64,000 bases of DNA, taken from the NCBI GenBank assembly GCA_965279375.1, contig OZ257156.1, positions 3,232,001 to 3,296,000 of the forward strand, in the 5' to 3' direction. The notes below the pieces were generated by a model, which was not told the DNA's origin, searched no databases, and saw nothing but the letters and a program-made list of their open reading frames with translations. Position numbers and translations under genes: made by a program. Positions within the stretch are counted from its first letter, which is position 1. Every line of letters starts with the position of its first letter. Positions 28,906 through 43,058 of this stretch are shown here, piece after piece. The stretch comes from Gemmatimonas sp. (GTDB lineage: Bacteria > Gemmatimonadota > Gemmatimonadetes > Gemmatimonadales > Gemmatimonadaceae).

Positions 28906-29015
28906 CCCGTTCCGTTAGCTCGTGACTGCGAGGCGCGGCGTACGACGCCGTACGCCGTCTCGTGAATGTCGCGCGGCGTCACGTCTGTCGTCGTCCGTTG
29001 CCGCTCTCGATATCC

Positions 29016-32000
29016 ATGGATCAGTACCGCGTCCTGCAATTCGCGCCGGAAGGATTTCTCGTCCTCGACGCCGAGTGTCGCATCCGATTCGGCAACGCGG
29101 CGGCCGAACAACTCTGTGCCGCACGCGGAACGGAGTGGATGGGCGCGCTGCTCTGGCAGGCGCTTCCGGTCGGATCGCCGGAGTTGCTCGAAGCGTCGGT
29201 CCGTCGCGCGGCCGCCGAGCAAAACAGCGTGGAGTTTGTCGGCCGACACGAGGCGTCGGGCGACGAGTTCCGGGTGACGATCTTCCGCGCGGAGGACTGC
29301 CTCGTCGTGTCGCTGCTCGATCTCGAGGCGCTGCAGTCGACCGAGCGTGCGCTGCTGGCTCGAGAGGCGCAGCTGGAACGCGTACTTGTTGCGACAGGCG
29401 CGGCGGCATTCGACCTCGATCTCGTCACCGGCGAGACGTATCTCAACGCGCACTTCGGGGAGCTCTTTGGCTACCGCGAAGGAGAGGCTCCAACTGACTG
29501 GCCGTCGTACGCGTCGCACTTCGACGCGGACGATCTCCGTGCTGCAGAAGCCGCCGCGCATCAGGCGCTGCTCAGCGGCACATCGTACACCGTCGACTGC
29601 CACATCACGCGTGCGGACGGACGATCGGCGTGGGTGCGACTCCGTGGCGATGTGATGCCCAACGAAGAGGGACGTGCCATTCGGAGCTCGGGCACGGTGA
29701 TCGACATTACCGCCGAGCGCGAACGGGCGACGGCGTTGCAGGAGAGCCAGCGTCAACTCAGCGCGGCGCAGCGGTTGGCGGGGGTGGGCAGTTGGTCGTG
29801 GGACATTCGAACCGGCGCGGTCGCGTGGTCCGATGAGATGTTCCGCATCCTTGGCTATGATGTCGCCTCGGTGGCTGCGTCGTTCGAGCTGGTAACCGCA
29901 CTGGCAGTCGACGATACGCGGCGCGAGGAGTTCATGGCGCGCGTGCAGCGCTCCCTCGAGGGAGAGTCCGGATACGACTTCGAGATGCCGATGCGGCGTC
30001 CGGACGGACAGATCCGGCTGCTGCACACCCGAGGCGAGGTGGAGCGCGATGGGAGTGGCGCGCCCATTCGCATGACTGGCACGGCCGAAGACGTGACCGA
30101 TCGACGCGCGGCCGTCATGGCGCTTCGCCGCTCGGAGGAGGAGCTCTTCCGCGCGCAACGCATGGCGCGCATTGGCAGCTTCGTGCGCTCAGTGGAGACG
30201 GGATCGCTGTGGTGGTCGCCGATGACACGCACGATTCTCGAGATCGGCGACGACGAGGTCCCCACCCTCGAACTCGCGCTGACGCGCGTGCCGGCGGAGG
30301 CGGCGGATCGCTACCGACAGTTGGCGAAGCGCGCCGCGGAGACTGGTTTGCCTTACGAGATGGAGTCCGAGGCGGTGGTACCCAGCGGACGGCGGCTCGT
30401 GCTCCGATTGTCCGGCGAAGTGGATCGCGACGCGGAAGGACGCACGATCTCCATCCACGGCCTGCTCGCGGACATCACGGAGCAGCGCGAACAGGAGCGC
30501 GCTCTGCGCGAGAGCGAGGTGCGCTTTCGCACCGTCTGGGAGGCCTCGCCGATCGGCATTCGCCTGACCGACGCGCAAGGCAAGACGTTGTACGTGAATC
30601 CGCGTGCGTTGCAGATGTTTGCCTGCACCGAAGGGGAGTTTCTCGCGGAGCGCTGGCGTGATCATCTGCATCCGGACGACCGTGAACGCGTGGCGCTGGA
30701 AGGGCGTGACGCGGTACAGCGGGAGCGCGACAAGCGGGTGGAGTACCGTGTGATGCGGCCAGATGGACGGACCATCTACGTGCGGGCGACCATCGCCGCC
30801 GTGCGGGCACCGGACGGTCGTTTTGCGGGTCACGTTGGCGCACTCGAAGATCTCACCGAAGAAGTCGAGGCGCGGCGCGAGAAGGAGATGCTGGAGCAGC
30901 AGATGCACCAGGCGCAGAAGCTCGAGTCGCTCGGCGTGCTGGCCGGTGGGATTGCGCACGACTTCAACAACCTGCTCGTGGGTGTGCTGACGAATGCGAG
31001 CATGGCGCTGATGGACCTCTCGCCGGACGCCCCAGCGTACGAGACCGTGCGCGATATCGAACGCGCCGCCCAGCGCGCCGCCGACCTCACGCGGCAGCTG
31101 CTCGCGTATTCGGGCAAAGGACGATTCATCATCGAGCCGTTGTCGCTCTCCGAGTTGGCCGTCGAGATGACGCAGCTCTTGCGCACGGTCGTCTCCAAGC
31201 GTGCCACACTGCAGCTCGACCTGCACCACGAACTGCCACTCGTGCGGGGCGACGCCACGCAGCTGCGGCAAGTGGTGATGAACCTCATCACGAACGCCTC
31301 GGACAGCCTCGGCGAGTCCGACGGTGAGATCACGCTGCGCACGACACGCCAAGTGCTGCAGCACGGTATCCCCGACGCAATCAGCTTCGGCGGTCCGCTC
31401 GCCCCGGGTGAGTACGTGGTGCTGGAAGTCGCCGATACAGGCGTCGGTATGGAGCCCGCGACGATCCAGCGGATCTTCGATCCGTTCTTCACGACCAAGT
31501 TCACCGGGCGCGGCCTTGGCCTCGCGGCGACGCTTGGCATCGTGCGCGGTCACGACGGCGCAATCGGTGTGCGCAGTCGTCCGGGGATAGGCACCAGCAT
31601 GTCGCTCTACTTTCCCGTGTCCAACGGCGTGCGGCGCGAGGCTGCAGCCGGCCTCGCTGCTCCGCTCTCCGGTCACGGCGCGATTCTGGTTGTGGACGAC
31701 GACGATGGCGTGCGTGCAGTCGCTCGCGCACTCTTGCAGCGACAGGGGTTCGGTGTCATTCTCGCGGCGAACGGTCAGGAGGCGGTCGCACAGTTCGCGG
31801 CGCATCGGGCGGAAATCCGCGCGGTGCTGCTGGACCTGACCATGCCGGTGATGGGTGGCGAAGAGGCACTGCGGCGACTCCGAGAGGCGGACCCGACGGT
31901 GCGCGTCGTCCTGATGTCGGGCTATAGTGATGTGGACGTGGAGGGCACCTTTGCCAGTGCCGGCCTGTCCGGGTTCCTGCAGAAGCCGTTTCGCGCCGAT

Positions 32001-32042
32001 GATGTGTACCGCACGCTCACACTGGCGCTCGCGGACTCCTAG
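29016..32042 (+). CDS. Cytoplasmic multi-PAS hybrid histidine kinase/receiver
   Basis: About five PAS/PAC repeats, [32 protein letters not shown] and a C-terminal receiver. No TM segment. Confidence 0.9.
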   Translation: MDQYRVLQFAPEGFLVLDAECRIRFGNAAAEQLCAARGTEWMGALLWQALPVGSPELLEASVRRAAAEQNSVEFVGRHEASGDEFRVTIFRAEDCLVVSLLDLEALQSTERALLAREAQLERVLVATGAAAFDLDLVTGETYLNAHFGELFGYREGEAPTDWPSYASHFDADDLRAAEAAAHQALLSGTSYTVDCHITRADGRSAWVRLRGDVMPNEEGRAIRSSGTVIDITAERERATALQESQRQLSAAQRLAGVGSWSWDIRTGAVAWSDEMFRILGYDVASVAASFELVTALAVDDTRREEFMARVQRSLEGESGYDFEMPMRRPDGQIRLLHTRGEVERDGSGAPIRMTGTAEDVTDRRAAVMALRRSEEELFRAQRMARIGSFVRSVETGSLWWSPMTRTILEIGDDEVPTLELALTRVPAEAADRYRQLAKRAAETGLPYEMESEAVVPSGRRLVLRLSGEVDRDAEGRTISIHGLLADITEQREQERALRESEVRFRTVWEASPIGIRLTDAQGKTLYVNPRALQMFACTEGEFLAERWRDHLHPDDRERVALEGRDAVQRERDKRVEYRVMRPDGRTIYVRATIAAVRAPDGRFAGHVGALEDLTEEVEARREKEMLEQQMHQAQKLESLGVLAGGIAHDFNNLLVGVLTNASMALMDLSPDAPAYETVRDIERAAQRAADLTRQLLAYSGKGRFIIEPLSLSELAVEMTQLLRTVVSKRATLQLDLHHELPLVRGDATQLRQVVMNLITNASDSLGESDGEITLRTTRQVLQHGIPDAISFGGPLAPGEYVVLEVADTGVGMEPATIQRIFDPFFTTKFTGRGLGLAATLGIVRGHDGAIGVRSRPGIGTSMSLYFPVSNGVRREAAAGLAAPLSGHGAILVVDDDDGVRAVARALLQRQGFGVILAANGQEAVAQFAAHRAEIRAVLLDLTMPVMGGEEALRRLREADPTVRVVLMSGYSDVDVEGTFASAGLSGFLQKPFRADDVYRTLTLALADS

Positions 32043-32062
32043 CACCGTTTTCAGGATTGCGC

Positions 32063-36694
<4,632 letters not shown>

Positions 36695-37199
36695 ACCTGA
36701 GGGCGACGCCGTTGTTGCAATAGCGCAGGCCGGTGGGCTTGGGGCCGTCGCGGAAGACGTGCCCCTGATGTCCGTCGCAGCGGCTGCAATGATATTCCGT
36801 GCGCGGCAGAATCAACTTGTAGTCGCGCTTGGTGCCCACGGCCTTGGGGATCGTGTCGAAGAAGCTGGGCCACCCGGTGCCACTGTCGAACTTCTGCGTG
36901 CTATTGAACAGTGGCTGGTGGCACGCGGCACAGACATAGGTGCCGGCGCGCTTCTCCCGGTCGAGCGGGCTCGTCCCGGCGCGCTCGGTGCCATGTTCGA
37001 ACAGAACGGTGTACGCCTCGGGTGTTACCAATGCCTGCCATTCGGCGGTCGTCTTCGTCAGCGTTGCCACGTGCATTCCTCGGGGAAACTGGTCGACTGA
37101 TCGAACCGTAGAATCGGCGACGGCAGTGCCGTACCCTCGGTTCACTATCTTTACCCGTGCCTCACCATCCAGGTTCTTCCGACCAACACTGGAGCTTTT

Positions 37200-38588
37200 G
37201 TGCCCATCCCTCTGCCACCACGGAATCTGTTGCGACTCGCCTCCGGCTGCGCGCTCGGCTGCATTGCCGCGCTGCTCAGCGGCGCAGCGACAACCGCTCG
37301 CGCGCAGTCGCCGGCCCCGCTGGCTATCGACAGCTACACCCTGCCCAACGGCCTCAAGGTCATCCTCGCGGAGGACCACTCGGCGCAAGTCGTCACCGTG
37401 AACGTGTGGTACAACGTCGGATCACGCAATGAACGTTCCGGCCGCACGGGCTTCGCGCACCTGTTCGAGCACATGATGTTCCAGGGGTCCGCCAACGTGA
37501 AGAAGGGCGATCACATGGCGCTGGTACAGCAGGCGGGCGGCCAGATGAACGGCTCCACCGCCGACGACCGGACGAACTACTTCCAGACGCTCCCGTCCAA
37601 CCGGCTCAATCTGGGGCTCTGGCTCGAAGCCGACCGCATGCGGTCGCTCGCGATCACGCAGGAGAACTTCGAGAACCAGCGCGAGACGGTGAAGGAAGAG
37701 CGCCGCCTGCGCATCGACAATCAGCCGTACACGGGCGCGTTCCTCTCCTCGCTCACCAGCGGCTTCGATCCCAAGTCCTGCTTTGCCTACGCGCACGAGA
37801 CCATCGGCTCGATGGATGATCTCAATGCGGCCAAGCTGGAAGACGTGCAGGCGTTCTTCAACATGTACTACATCCCCAACAACGCCACGTTGGTGGTCAC
37901 CGGCGATTTCCAGCCCGCCGAGACCAAGCAGCTGATCAACACGTATTTCGCGGCGATTCCACGCGCGGCAGATCCGCCGGCCGTTGCCTGCGACCAGCCG
38001 TTTAACGTGGGACAGCAGCGGCGAAGCGTGACGGACACCAAGGCCAATCTCCCGGCCGTGCTGCTGCTCTATCGCATGCCGGATTACAAGAACGCCGACA
38101 CGCCCGCGCTTGAATTCCTGAGCACCATTCTCGGCGGCGGCGAAAGCTCGCGCCTCAATCGCGCCGTCGTGCGCGACGCCAAGGCCGCGCTCGCCGTGCA
38201 GACGCTAGCCGGACTCGGCGCTCGCCGTGGTCCCAATGTGTTCGGGGCACTCGGCATCGCCAACCAGGGCGTGTCGCCAGACTCCATCGAGGCGCTGCTG
38301 GTCAAGCAGATCGCCGAGGTGGTAGCGAACGGCGTGACCGAAGCGGAGTTGGCGAAGGCCAAGAATGCGTATCGCGCGGGTCGGATCAGCGAACTGCAGA
38401 CGTCGATGGGACGCGCCGAGGCGATCCACACCGCCGACATGTTCATGGGCGATCCGAAGGCGGTGAATGCCGACCTCGAACGACACATGGCCGTGACCGT
38501 TGATGACATCAAGCGGGCCGCCGCGAAGTACCTGCGCCCGGACAACAGCGTGATCACGCTGATCAAGCCCGAGGGGAAGACGCCGTGA
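37200..38588 (+). CDS. M16B zinc peptidase, catalytic subunit, exported
   Basis: Signal peptide, TLPNGL, inverzincin motif HLFEH, NGST and LEADRM. Confidence 0.92.
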   Translation: MPIPLPPRNLLRLASGCALGCIAALLSGAATTARAQSPAPLAIDSYTLPNGLKVILAEDHSAQVVTVNVWYNVGSRNERSGRTGFAHLFEHMMFQGSANVKKGDHMALVQQAGGQMNGSTADDRTNYFQTLPSNRLNLGLWLEADRMRSLAITQENFENQRETVKEERRLRIDNQPYTGAFLSSLTSGFDPKSCFAYAHETIGSMDDLNAAKLEDVQAFFNMYYIPNNATLVVTGDFQPAETKQLINTYFAAIPRAADPPAVACDQPFNVGQQRRSVTDTKANLPAVLLLYRMPDYKNADTPALEFLSTILGGGESSRLNRAVVRDAKAALAVQTLAGLGARRGPNVFGALGIANQGVSPDSIEALLVKQIAEVVANGVTEAELAKAKNAYRAGRISELQTSMGRAEAIHTADMFMGDPKAVNADLERHMAVTVDDIKRAAAKYLRPDNSVITLIKPEGKTP

Positions 38589-40684
38589 GCGCGACCAACA
38601 GCATGACCCGTGCGCTGGCCTTGTCGGCCACGCTGACGTTCGCCGCGACCGCGACCCCGGTCGTCGCGCAGACCTATCCCACCTCGCCGCCGGCGCCCGC
38701 GCCGGTCAAACCGGCCGCGCTGCCACCGTTCCAGGAAGCACTGCTTCCCAACGGCGTGCGGCTCGTGCTCGTGGAGAATCACAAGAACCCGGTGGTGGCG
38801 TTCCGCCTGGCCATCCCTGCCGGTGGCAACTATGACGCGGCGGACAAGGCCGGCACTGCGTCCATCGTGGCGACGTTGCTGACCAAGGGCGCGGGGACGC
38901 GTTCTGCGGACGAGATCTCTGCGGCGATCGAAAGCGCGGGAGGTTCACTCAGCGCGTTCACGGACGACGATTTCCTGAGTGTCTCGGGAAGTGTGCTCTC
39001 CAACGCGGCGCCGCTGGCGTTCGAACTACTGGGCGATGCCGTCGCGCGTCCGACATTCAGCGAGAAGGAGTTCGAGCTGGCCCGCACGCAAGCGTTGTCC
39101 GGCCTGCAACTCGAGTTGACGAATCCGTCGGCGTTGGCCTCGCGTTTTCTCGCGGCGGGCCTGTACGGCAAGCATCCATACGGGCGCAGCTCAACGGCCA
39201 AGAGCGTGCGCGCCATCTCGCGCGCCGACCTGTTGGCGTTTCAGGCGGCGAGACTCAAGCCGCGCGGCGCGGTGCTGGTGGTTGCCGGCGACATCACGAT
39301 GCCGACGCTCAAGGCGCTGACCACCAAGGGGTTTGGTACGTGGAGCGGCGCTTCTGCCGTCGCGCCTACGTGGCCGGCGCCGCCGCAGCGCGCCGGCACG
39401 GAGATCGTGCTGGTGCACCGCCCGGGCAGCGTGCAGTCCAACCTGCTGGTTGGCAATCTCGCCATGACGCCGACCGATCCGCTTCGACTGGCCGCACTCG
39501 TGGCCAATCGTGTGCTCGGCGGTGACAGCGACTCGCGGCTGTTCGTCGTGTTGCGCGAGAAGAAGAGCTGGACGTATGGCGCATACTCGAGCCTCTCGCG
39601 GCCGCGTGGCATCGGACGCTTTGAAGCCAACGCCGAAGTCCGGACCGAAGTGACCGATTCTGCACTCGTCGAGCTGCTCGCACAGCTCAAGCGCATCAAC
39701 ACTGAGTCGATTCCGACCGCCGAACTCGAGCCGGCCAAGAACGCGCTCGTCGGTGTCTTCCCGCTGACCATCGAGACGCCGCAGCAACTGGCCGAGCGTG
39801 TCGCGTCGGTCAAGCTGTATGGATTGGCGCCGGACTATCTGCAGACGTACCGCACCAAGGTGGGCGCGGTCACGGCGGCGCAGGCACTGCAGGCGGCGCA
39901 GCGTGCGATCCAACCGCAGAAGGCGTTGGTTGTGGTGGTGGGCGACGGTACGAAGGTGTACGAGAAGCTCCGCAAGATTGCGCCGGTCAAGATCATCAGT
40001 GTCGAAGGCGATCCGATGACGCCGGCAGACTTCACGCCGCGTGCGATGGGACTGGCGCTCGACTTCTCCAAGCTCTCCGCGCGTCGCGATTCATTCGTGG
40101 TGTCGGTGCAGGGAAATGCGGCGGGATCGTCGGTGTATGCGCTCGAGTCACGCGCGGGCGGTTGGACGATACGCGAGAACACGAGCATCATGGGCGGCAT
40201 GATGAAGCAGACGACCCAGCTCGACACCGACGCCTCCATGGCGCCCGCGTCGCTCGCGCAGACGATGACGATGCAGGGGCAGGCGATGAAGACCGAGGTG
40301 ACGTTTGCCGGTGGACGCGCCAAGGGTAGCGCGACGACGCCTGGGCAGACCGGGCCGCAGACCAAGGCCATCGATACCGAACTTCCGGCCGGCACCATCG
40401 ACAGCGACGCATTGCAGATGGTGCTGCCGCTGTTCCGTTGGGCGGCCGACGCCAAGTTCACGCTCAATCTGTTCAGCCCCGGCAAGGGCACTGTCGAGCC
40501 GGTCACGCTTACAGTCGTCGGCAGTGAATCGGTGAAGGTGCCCGCGGGCACGTTCGAGACGTGGAAGGTTGAGCAGAAGGGTGGCGAATCCTCGGTCACG
40601 CTCTACATCTCGAAGGATGCGGCGCATCGCCTGGTCAAGATTGCGCCGGTCGGACAGCCGATCGAGCTCCTGTTGGCGAAGTGA
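38585..40684 (+). CDS. M16B peptidase non-catalytic subunit with extra C-terminal beta domain
   Basis: M16 fold lacking HXXEH, with SRLFVVLREKKSWTY (R/Y motif) and a ~200 aa extension ending VKVPAGTFETWKVE (DUF3108-like). GTGA overlap. Confidence 0.85.
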   Translation: MSATNSMTRALALSATLTFAATATPVVAQTYPTSPPAPAPVKPAALPPFQEALLPNGVRLVLVENHKNPVVAFRLAIPAGGNYDAADKAGTASIVATLLTKGAGTRSADEISAAIESAGGSLSAFTDDDFLSVSGSVLSNAAPLAFELLGDAVARPTFSEKEFELARTQALSGLQLELTNPSALASRFLAAGLYGKHPYGRSSTAKSVRAISRADLLAFQAARLKPRGAVLVVAGDITMPTLKALTTKGFGTWSGASAVAPTWPAPPQRAGTEIVLVHRPGSVQSNLLVGNLAMTPTDPLRLAALVANRVLGGDSDSRLFVVLREKKSWTYGAYSSLSRPRGIGRFEANAEVRTEVTDSALVELLAQLKRINTESIPTAELEPAKNALVGVFPLTIETPQQLAERVASVKLYGLAPDYLQTYRTKVGAVTAAQALQAAQRAIQPQKALVVVVGDGTKVYEKLRKIAPVKIISVEGDPMTPADFTPRAMGLALDFSKLSARRDSFVVSVQGNAAGSSVYALESRAGGWTIRENTSIMGGMMKQTTQLDTDASMAPASLAQTMTMQGQAMKTEVTFAGGRAKGSATTPGQTGPQTKAIDTELPAGTIDSDALQMVLPLFRWAADAKFTLNLFSPGKGTVEPVTLTVVGSESVKVPAGTFETWKVEQKGGESSVTLYISKDAAHRLVKIAPVGQPIELLLAK

Positions 40685-41922
40685 GCGCCCCCGGGGGCAA
40701 CGACGCGTCATTCGGCTTTCGCACGTCGCACGACGATGGCACAGCTCGACTCGGATTCTTCACGACGCCCCACGGCGTCGTGAAGACGCCCGCGTTCATG
40801 CCGGTCGCTACGCACGGCACGATCAAAGGCCTCTCGATGGACGAGGTGCGCGCCGCCGGTGGGCAGATGATGCTGTCCAACGCGTATCACCTGTATCTCC
40901 GTCCGGGTGACATGATGGTGCGCGCATTGGGCGGGCTGCACGCGTTCGCGCGATGGTCCGGTCCGATGCTCACCGACTCGGGGGGCTTTCAGGTGTTCTC
41001 GCTCTCCAAGCTGCGCACGGTCAAGGAATCGGGCGTGGAGTTTCGCAGTCATCTGGATGGCTCGTTGCACCAGTACACGCCGGAAAGCGTGATGCGTATC
41101 GAGCGCAATCTCGGCGCTGACGTGATCATGCAGCTCGATGAACTCATCGCCGGCGGTGCAGAGTTGTCTGCGTCGCGCTCCGCGATGGAGCGCAGCCTCC
41201 GCTGGCTCGAACGCTGTCGGGTGGAGTTCGATCGCATCTCGCGTGATGGTCGTGAGTCCGCGCCCGCGTTCGAGGTAACGCCGGGTGCCCCGCCGCTCGC
41301 GACCTTCGACGCGACCACCGATCTCATTCCGCCGCCGCAAGCGCTCTTTCCGATCGTTCAGGGTGGCACGCACCCCGAGCTTCGCCGCGCGTCGCTGCGC
41401 GGTATTCTCGAAACGGGTGATTGGGTTGGTGTGGCGGTGGGCGGGCTCTCCGTGGGCGAGTCCAAGCCGGACATGTACGCGATGCTCGACGTGTGCGAAC
41501 CGCTGCTGCCGCGACACAAACCGCGCTATCTGATGGGCGTCGGCTTTCCCGACGATCTGGTGGAAGGGATGCGGCGCGGCATCGATCTATTTGATTGCGT
41601 AGTCCCGACGCGCATGGGGCGGCACGGCACGGCGTTCACTCCCGATGGCACCGTGCAGGTGCGGCAGAGCCGGTTTCGCACCGATCGACGGCCGTTGGTG
41701 GAGGGCTGTGGCTGTCCGTGCTGCACGCACTACGACCGCGCGTATCTGCGACATCTCTTCGTGAGCGAGGAGATGTTGGGATTGCGCCTGCTGGCCTTGC
41801 ATAACGTCGCGTTTCTTCTGGACGTGACTCGGCATGGGCGCGAGGCGCTCACGGCGGGAACGTTCGCCTCGTGGAGCGAGGCATGGCTCGCGCGCTATCG
41901 CGCGAAGGGGAAGGACGAATGA
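40681..41922 (+). CDS. tgt: tRNA-guanine(34) transglycosylase
   Basis: TPAFMPV, NAYHL, TDSGGFQVFSL, IVQGG, GGLSVGE, RYLMGVG, FDCVVPTR and Zn motif CGCPCC...H. Confidence 0.95.
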   Translation: MSAPGGNDASFGFRTSHDDGTARLGFFTTPHGVVKTPAFMPVATHGTIKGLSMDEVRAAGGQMMLSNAYHLYLRPGDMMVRALGGLHAFARWSGPMLTDSGGFQVFSLSKLRTVKESGVEFRSHLDGSLHQYTPESVMRIERNLGADVIMQLDELIAGGAELSASRSAMERSLRWLERCRVEFDRISRDGRESAPAFEVTPGAPPLATFDATTDLIPPPQALFPIVQGGTHPELRRASLRGILETGDWVGVAVGGLSVGESKPDMYAMLDVCEPLLPRHKPRYLMGVGFPDDLVEGMRRGIDLFDCVVPTRMGRHGTAFTPDGTVQVRQSRFRTDRRPLVEGCGCPCCTHYDRAYLRHLFVSEEMLGLRLLALHNVAFLLDVTRHGREALTAGTFASWSEAWLARYRAKGKDE

Positions 41923-42932
41923 GCGCACCGATCGATCCGGTCCGTTGGGGCGTGTTGGGAGCGGCCAACATCGCGCGTCGTCGCGTCATTCCGGCGTTGC
42001 AGCGAGCGGCAAACTCCACCGTGCTCGCTGTGGCGTCTCGCAATCTCGATACCGCCACTCAATTCGCCGACGACATGGACGTGCCGCGCCCCTACGGCTC
42101 GTACGATGCGTTGCTGGCCGATCCCGATATCGATGCGGTCTACATTCCGCTGCCCAACCATCTGCACGTTCCGTGGGCGGTGCGCGCGGCGGAGGCCGGC
42201 AAGCATGTGCTCTGCGAAAAGCCGATTGCGCTAACCGCAAATGAGGCCCGCACGCTGCTGGCTGTGCGTGAACGCACCGGCGTGCAGATCTGCGAAGCGT
42301 TCATGGTGCGATCGCATCCGCGGTGGCATGCGGTCAAGGCACTGGTCGACGAGGGGCGGATCGGCACGCTGGAAACCATCAGCGCGCACTTCAGCTACGC
42401 GCGCAAGACGGCGGAGAACATTCGCAGCAAGCCCCAGTGGGGCGGCGGCGCACTGATGGATATCGGCTGCTATCCCGTCTTCATGTCGCGATGGATGTAC
42501 GGTGCGGAGCCGACATCGGTCATGGCGATGATGGATCGTGATGCCGAGACCGGCGTGGACAAGCTCGTGAGCGCCATGCTGCGCTTCCCGACGGGCACGG
42601 CGCAGTTCACCGTGGGCGGGCAGCTGGTGCTGCATCAGCAGTTGCAGCTGTTCGGCACGGCCGGCGTGATCAACGTGGAGGTGCCCTTCAATCCTCCCGA
42701 GGAAACGCCGACGTGTGTCGTGGTGGACGACGGACGCGACCTGGCCGGGAGCGGCGCGGAGCGTATCGACTTTCCCGCCGTGAACCAATTCGTGGAGCAG
42801 GCCGAGTCGATGGCCGCGGCCATCCGTGGTACCGGCGCCGCTCCCGTCTCGCTGGAGAACTCGATCGGCAATATGGCCGTGCTCGACGCGCTCGTACGCT
42901 CGGCGGCTTCCGGACGCTGGGAGCAGCCGTAG
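41919..42932 (+). CDS. Gfo/Idh/MocA family oxidoreductase
   Basis: WGVLGAANIA, DAVYIPLPNHLH, HVLCEKP and GGGALMDIGCY. ATGA overlap with tgt. Confidence 0.92.
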   Translation: MSAPIDPVRWGVLGAANIARRRVIPALQRAANSTVLAVASRNLDTATQFADDMDVPRPYGSYDALLADPDIDAVYIPLPNHLHVPWAVRAAEAGKHVLCEKPIALTANEARTLLAVRERTGVQICEAFMVRSHPRWHAVKALVDEGRIGTLETISAHFSYARKTAENIRSKPQWGGGALMDIGCYPVFMSRWMYGAEPTSVMAMMDRDAETGVDKLVSAMLRFPTGTAQFTVGGQLVLHQQLQLFGTAGVINVEVPFNPPEETPTCVVVDDGRDLAGSGAERIDFPAVNQFVEQAESMAAAIRGTGAAPVSLENSIGNMAVLDALVRSAASGRWEQP

Positions 42933-43058
42933 CGCCAGGCTCCGTCCGGAGCGCCCAACATTGTGACAATGCGTTGGCATGGGAAGTGACGAGACTCGAA
43001 GTACCCTCGGAATTGGCCGAGGGTGCCGATCGCAGCCTCTCGTCGCTGAGGTACCTCC

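Noticed and set aside
42915..42955. CGCCAGGCTC resembling part of the SAH riboswitch
   Set aside because: The upstream GAGGAGCGCUGC element is missing and the downstream gene is unrelated to SAH recycling.
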